IMG/VR virus record: IMGVR_UViG_3300008255_004734
Coordinates: 1-29,702 of that record
DNA length: 29,702 nt
Origin: a virus
Lineage: Duplodnaviria; Caudoviricetes
Reading direction: 5' to 3' (one strand)
The notes below the pieces were generated by a model. The model was not told the DNA's origin and searched no databases. It was given only the letters and a program-made list of their open reading frames with translations. The first letter of the stretch is position 1, and each line of letters starts with the position of its first letter. Shown one piece after another: positions 26,823-29,702 of this stretch. Position numbers and translations under genes: made by a program.

Positions 26823-27563
26823 TTAGTAAATGCGGGAAGTAATGGCATCAAGAATCAGCAAATCGTTTCTGAGATACTTCATCGCAAGTAAGCTTTGCTC
26901 TGTGGGCGTCTCGGGAACGTCTTGCATCTTTCCATCAAACCAAAGGTGGAAGTTTTCTCCGGTCACTCGGTCGTTCTCCTTGTCCTTGGGAAATATTGCA
27001 GGGTTCTCCACGAATAGGCCAAGCTCATCTGCGGCCCGGCTTAGTCCGCAATACTCCATGTGCTTACCGAAAAGGTAACGCTGCGCAGCATCTTCCCAGC
27101 GTGATCCTAAGTAGCGGCCATTAAATGCCATTGCTGGCACTGGCACATTTAGTATCCAGCTACGGCGGATGATCATATCAGGATCAAAGCTTTCACTGCC
27201 GGAAGAACCGGACCAAAAGCAAAAGCGGCTAGTGGCAAACGATGGGTTCATAAATGTCGCCCAAAACGATTGCAGGATGTTGGATTCGCTGCCTGAGAGA
27301 AATTCCGTAATATCTCCATGCAGACCTATCACAATAATTTCTGCTGTGAGTGGATTGAGGGCGGCACGGCTCTTTGCCTTCAACATGTAGGTTGATTGTT
27401 CGTCGGCAAAGTCCTGCTCTTTTTGAAGCAACAGGGCTTTGCGTTTCTCGGGGTCTTTGGTGTTACCAAACTTCACGGAGTCAGGATCAAATTGACCCTG
27501 GGGCTTAATGAAGCGTTCAACTAGGTCAGGACGTGGGCGGGTTTCTATGTCGAGGATTATCAT
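26823..27563 (-). CDS. DEDD 3'-5' exonuclease (PolB-exonuclease-like, stand-alone)
   Basis: ExoI LDIET, ExoII-like SFD, ExoIII YLRND. Confidence 0.8.
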   Translation of the reverse strand: MIILDIETRPRPDLVERFIKPQGQFDPDSVKFGNTKDPEKRKALLLQKEQDFADEQSTYMLKAKSRAALNPLTAEIIVIGLHGDITEFLSGSESNILQSFWATFMNPSFATSRFCFWSGSSGSESFDPDMIIRRSWILNVPVPAMAFNGRYLGSRWEDAAQRYLFGKHMEYCGLSRAADELGLFVENPAIFPKDKENDRVTGENFHLWFDGKMQDVPETPTEQSLLAMKYLRNDLLILDAITSRIY

Positions 27564-27605
27564 GGTTGGGCTGGTTGGGTTGTGGGTTGGGCTTAATCTA
27601 GGTTC

Positions 27606-28271
27606 CTAAAACGGCACGTCTTCATCAACGTCTTCGCTGGTGTCGGTGGGAAATGCCTGCATGGATTCATCGTTGCGGATCTGGCTTGCCGGACGTGCTT
27701 GGGGATGTAGTTGCTCTTGGTATTCCTCGCTGTTCTCGATCTTCTTTTGAATCCATTCTGGAACATTGGTTGGAATGGTGATGAGTCCTGAATTGGGCAT
27801 GTCCCACTTCACGGTTGGGTTCTCCGGTTTCAGCTTTGGAGTCGTTTTGCCAAGCGGGACAATTGCCGTGATGTTGGCATACGTATTGCCATTGGATGCT
27901 TCCTTGTGGGTGATGTTCAGTTGGCAATTTACTCCAACTAACACTCCAACTTCAAAGCCTGCTGCTTCCTCTTTGGTGAAGGGTCTGCCTCTCCATGATT
28001 CAAGGTCCCTTCGCAGATTGGCCTTGGTGCCAATGGACAGGGTGTATTCCTTGCTGATGACGCGGGGCTTGTTTTCGGTCTTGCCGTCCTTCTCGAAGTC
28101 GCCTCGTTCCTCGGGCAGTTCAAAAATGAGAAGCACTTTGCGGGCCGCTTTGAAGGCGGGATTGGTGCTTGGCTGGGTGCCCAGGTCGATGACTGCATAA
28201 CAAACGGCATGGTGAATACCGGCTGGAACTGGTTGGAAGTCTGAGCCTCCTTTGGCTGATGCTACTGGCAT
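27606..28271 (-). CDS. putative single-stranded DNA-binding protein
   Basis: F.PVPAG.H.AVC..VIDLGTQ, LRRDLESWRG, YANI and acidic tail ending DEDVPF. Confidence 0.75.
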   Translation of the reverse strand: MPVASAKGGSDFQPVPAGIHHAVCYAVIDLGTQPSTNPAFKAARKVLLIFELPEERGDFEKDGKTENKPRVISKEYTLSIGTKANLRRDLESWRGRPFTKEEAAGFEVGVLVGVNCQLNITHKEASNGNTYANITAIVPLGKTTPKLKPENPTVKWDMPNSGLITIPTNVPEWIQKKIENSEEYQEQLHPQARPASQIRNDESMQAFPTDTSEDVDEDVPF

Positions 28272-28310
28272 GGTTATGATGGTTTATTGTTAATGTTACT
28301 GACGAAATGG

Positions 28311-28481
28311 TTAATTGTATGGGGATGTTGAATCGAACTCTTCAGAATCAAAGAAACGGATTTCCCACTTCTTAAAGTAGTGGGCCGCAACTTTGCAGAG
28401 CAGGTCTGCCGCAAGCACGGCGGTGAGCATGATGCATAGGCACAGGCAGACAAAGCTGAATATGAGCATTGGGGTAATCAT
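28311..28481 (-). CDS. small membrane protein
   Basis: 56 aa from ATG 28481 (ATGA overlap) with a hydrophobic N-terminal half. Confidence 0.55.
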   Translation of the reverse strand: MITPMLIFSFVCLCLCIMLTAVLAADLLCKVAAHYFKKWEIRFFDSEEFDSTSPYN

Positions 28482-28900
28482 GAGCAGAAGTGTTGGAGGA
28501 ATAGTTTCTTTTGAGCGGCCCCAGCAGCGTCCCAAGCAGCGGCCCAAGCAGCGTCCCAAGCAGCGGCCGTGATTTTACCGTTGGAAAAATCCCTAGCCGA
28601 TTGGATTGCTTCGCGTGGGCGTTTGTCGTTAGGGTGTTGCGCCTCGAAAAGAGGAAGAACTGCTTCCGCGCAATCAGCGGCAAACAATCGAGCGGCTTTG
28701 TCCCGATACTTTTCCTGTTCTGGTAAGACGGCACGCAATCCCCAAAGAGCATTATCTAACCCGTTACTTTCGAGAATTGTTGAAAATTCGATGTGGCCGG
28801 TTGCGGGAAAGTCTGTGCCAAGGTGTTTAATCAGCTTCTTCCATCCTTCTGAGCAAGGGCCGTGTTTACGTAGGATCTCTAGGGTAGTGATAAGTTTCAT
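28478..28900 (-). CDS. Imm5-like domain protein with AAW(D/A) repeats
   Basis: RLFAADCAEAVLPLFE...DKRPREAI..AR motif followed by AAAWDAAWAAAWDAA. Confidence 0.75.
   Translation of the reverse strand: MKLITTLEILRKHGPCSEGWKKLIKHLGTDFPATGHIEFSTILESNGLDNALWGLRAVLPEQEKYRDKAARLFAADCAEAVLPLFEAQHPNDKRPREAIQSARDFSNGKITAAAWDAAWAAAWDAAGAAQKKLFLQHFCS
28524..28568. repeat. 12-bp tandem repeat GCAGCG(T/G)CCCAA, about 3.7 copies
   Basis: Read directly; exact 24-bp periodicity; encodes the AAW(D/A) units. Confidence 0.9.
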
Positions 28901-28969
28901 GTATTGATTTATTGGCTGGTTTGGGTTTTGTTCACGGCTGGGGATGAAATCTCCAATCGTGGGGCGGCG

Positions 28970-29218
28970 TCACTTGCGAGCAATCGGGGTGGCGTCGCTT
29001 TGTTTTTGAACGTGCAGATTGCGCACGGGGTCAAAGTTCTGCGCGACGGCAAATGCTACTAAGCGGTCTATGATTGCGCCCTGGCTAACGCCGGTGCGTT
29101 TCCATGCGGCAAACTGCGCAAGGGTGGTGGTGGTATCCACATAGGGCCCGCCTGATAAGCGGGTGCGCTTTTCTGTTCCGCGTGTGTTTGGGTGGATTGT
29201 AGTGGTTGGTTCTTTCAT
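28970..29218 (-). CDS. small putative DNA-binding protein (ribbon-helix-helix-like)
   Basis: 82 aa from MKEPTT with A/C-rich leader; GVSQGAIIDRLV resembles the RHH second helix. Confidence 0.55.
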   Translation of the reverse strand: MKEPTTTIHPNTRGTEKRTRLSGGPYVDTTTTLAQFAAWKRTGVSQGAIIDRLVAFAVAQNFDPVRNLHVQKQSDATPIARK

Positions 29219-29297
29219 GGTTGACTGTGGTTTAATCGTAAATTTCGTATCGGCTGGAGTCCGATTAGGGCTGCTAGAATGTAGGTTTGGCGCGAGG

Positions 29298-29702
29298 TTA
29301 TGGGGCTTTAGGATAGTGCTTGCGCACGATGTCGGCGCATTGCTTGAGGGTGTTCTTGCGTTCATCGGCGGCGGCGTAGACAGCGGCGAAGGCAGCGTAG
29401 ACAGCGGCGACGTAAGCAACGTAGGCAGCAGCAGCGTAAGCAGCGTAAGCAGCAGCGACGGCTGCGGCGGAGACGGAGGCGGCGGAGACGGAGGCGGCGG
29501 AGACGGAGGCGGCGGAGACGGAGGCGGCTATCCGAGCATCTACGACCCGCTCAATGGTTGCTTCACCCCTGCACCACTTCTCGACCGTCTCAATGCACGC
29601 AAGCGCAGTTGGGGATGTGGCGTGGGGCAACGCCAACCGGGCGCACTCGCAGCACGCCAAAACGAGTTTCTTGCGTCCCTCGCCTTCCGGCTCACCGCTT
29701 CG
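29298..29702 (-). CDS. Imm5-like domain protein with Ala-rich repeats (5' end beyond window)
   Basis: Frame is open to the window edge (RSGEPEGEGRKKLVLACCECARLAL...IETVEKWCRGEAT), then Ala-rich repeats and CADIVRKHYP. Confidence 0.75.
   Translation of the reverse strand, partial: RSGEPEGEGRKKLVLACCECARLALPHATSPTALACIETVEKWCRGEATIERVVDARIAASVSAASVSAASVSAASVSAAAVAAAYAAYAAAAYVAYVAAVYAAFAAVYAAADERKNTLKQCADIVRKHYPKAP
29464..29528. repeat. perfect 15-bp tandem repeat GCGGCGGAGACGGAG, 4.3 copies
   Basis: Read directly; encodes (AASVS)n on the - strand. Confidence 0.95.

Noticed and set aside
29374-29528. CRISPR-like array
   Set aside because: Repeats are contiguous with no spacers and are in-frame coding sequence.
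1-29702. Stop-codon reassignment
   Set aside because: Genes are full length and tightly packed under the standard code; TAA, TGA and TAG all end genes.

Overview
The window is part of a tailed dsDNA phage genome with a short-tailed (podovirus-type) morphogenesis module. The + strand (about 190-23200) carries small and large terminase, portal, scaffold, major capsid, tail tubular proteins A and B, two acyltransferase-like genes, three internal (ejection) proteins including a 2267-aa polyvalent protein with an ADP-ribosyltransferase-like domain, a tail fibre with an S74 chaperone, and a membrane/lysis-type cassette with no recognisable endolysin. A convergent - strand operon (23213 to the window end) encodes a beta-helix-like protein, a RuvC-like resolvase, HNH, SWIM and wHTH proteins, a replication-initiator-like protein, a DEDD exonuclease, an SSB-like protein and two Imm5-like proteins with Ala-rich tandem repeats. 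The most unusual observations are a shared N-terminal leader motif on two virion/assembly proteins, two acyltransferase + Gly-N-terminal virion protein gene pairs, a coiled-coil unimolecular-spanin-like lipoprotein linked to a holin-like gene by a 19-codon mini-ORF, and a structured capsid leader. All product calls come from motif recognition and gene order by eye; no searches were run.
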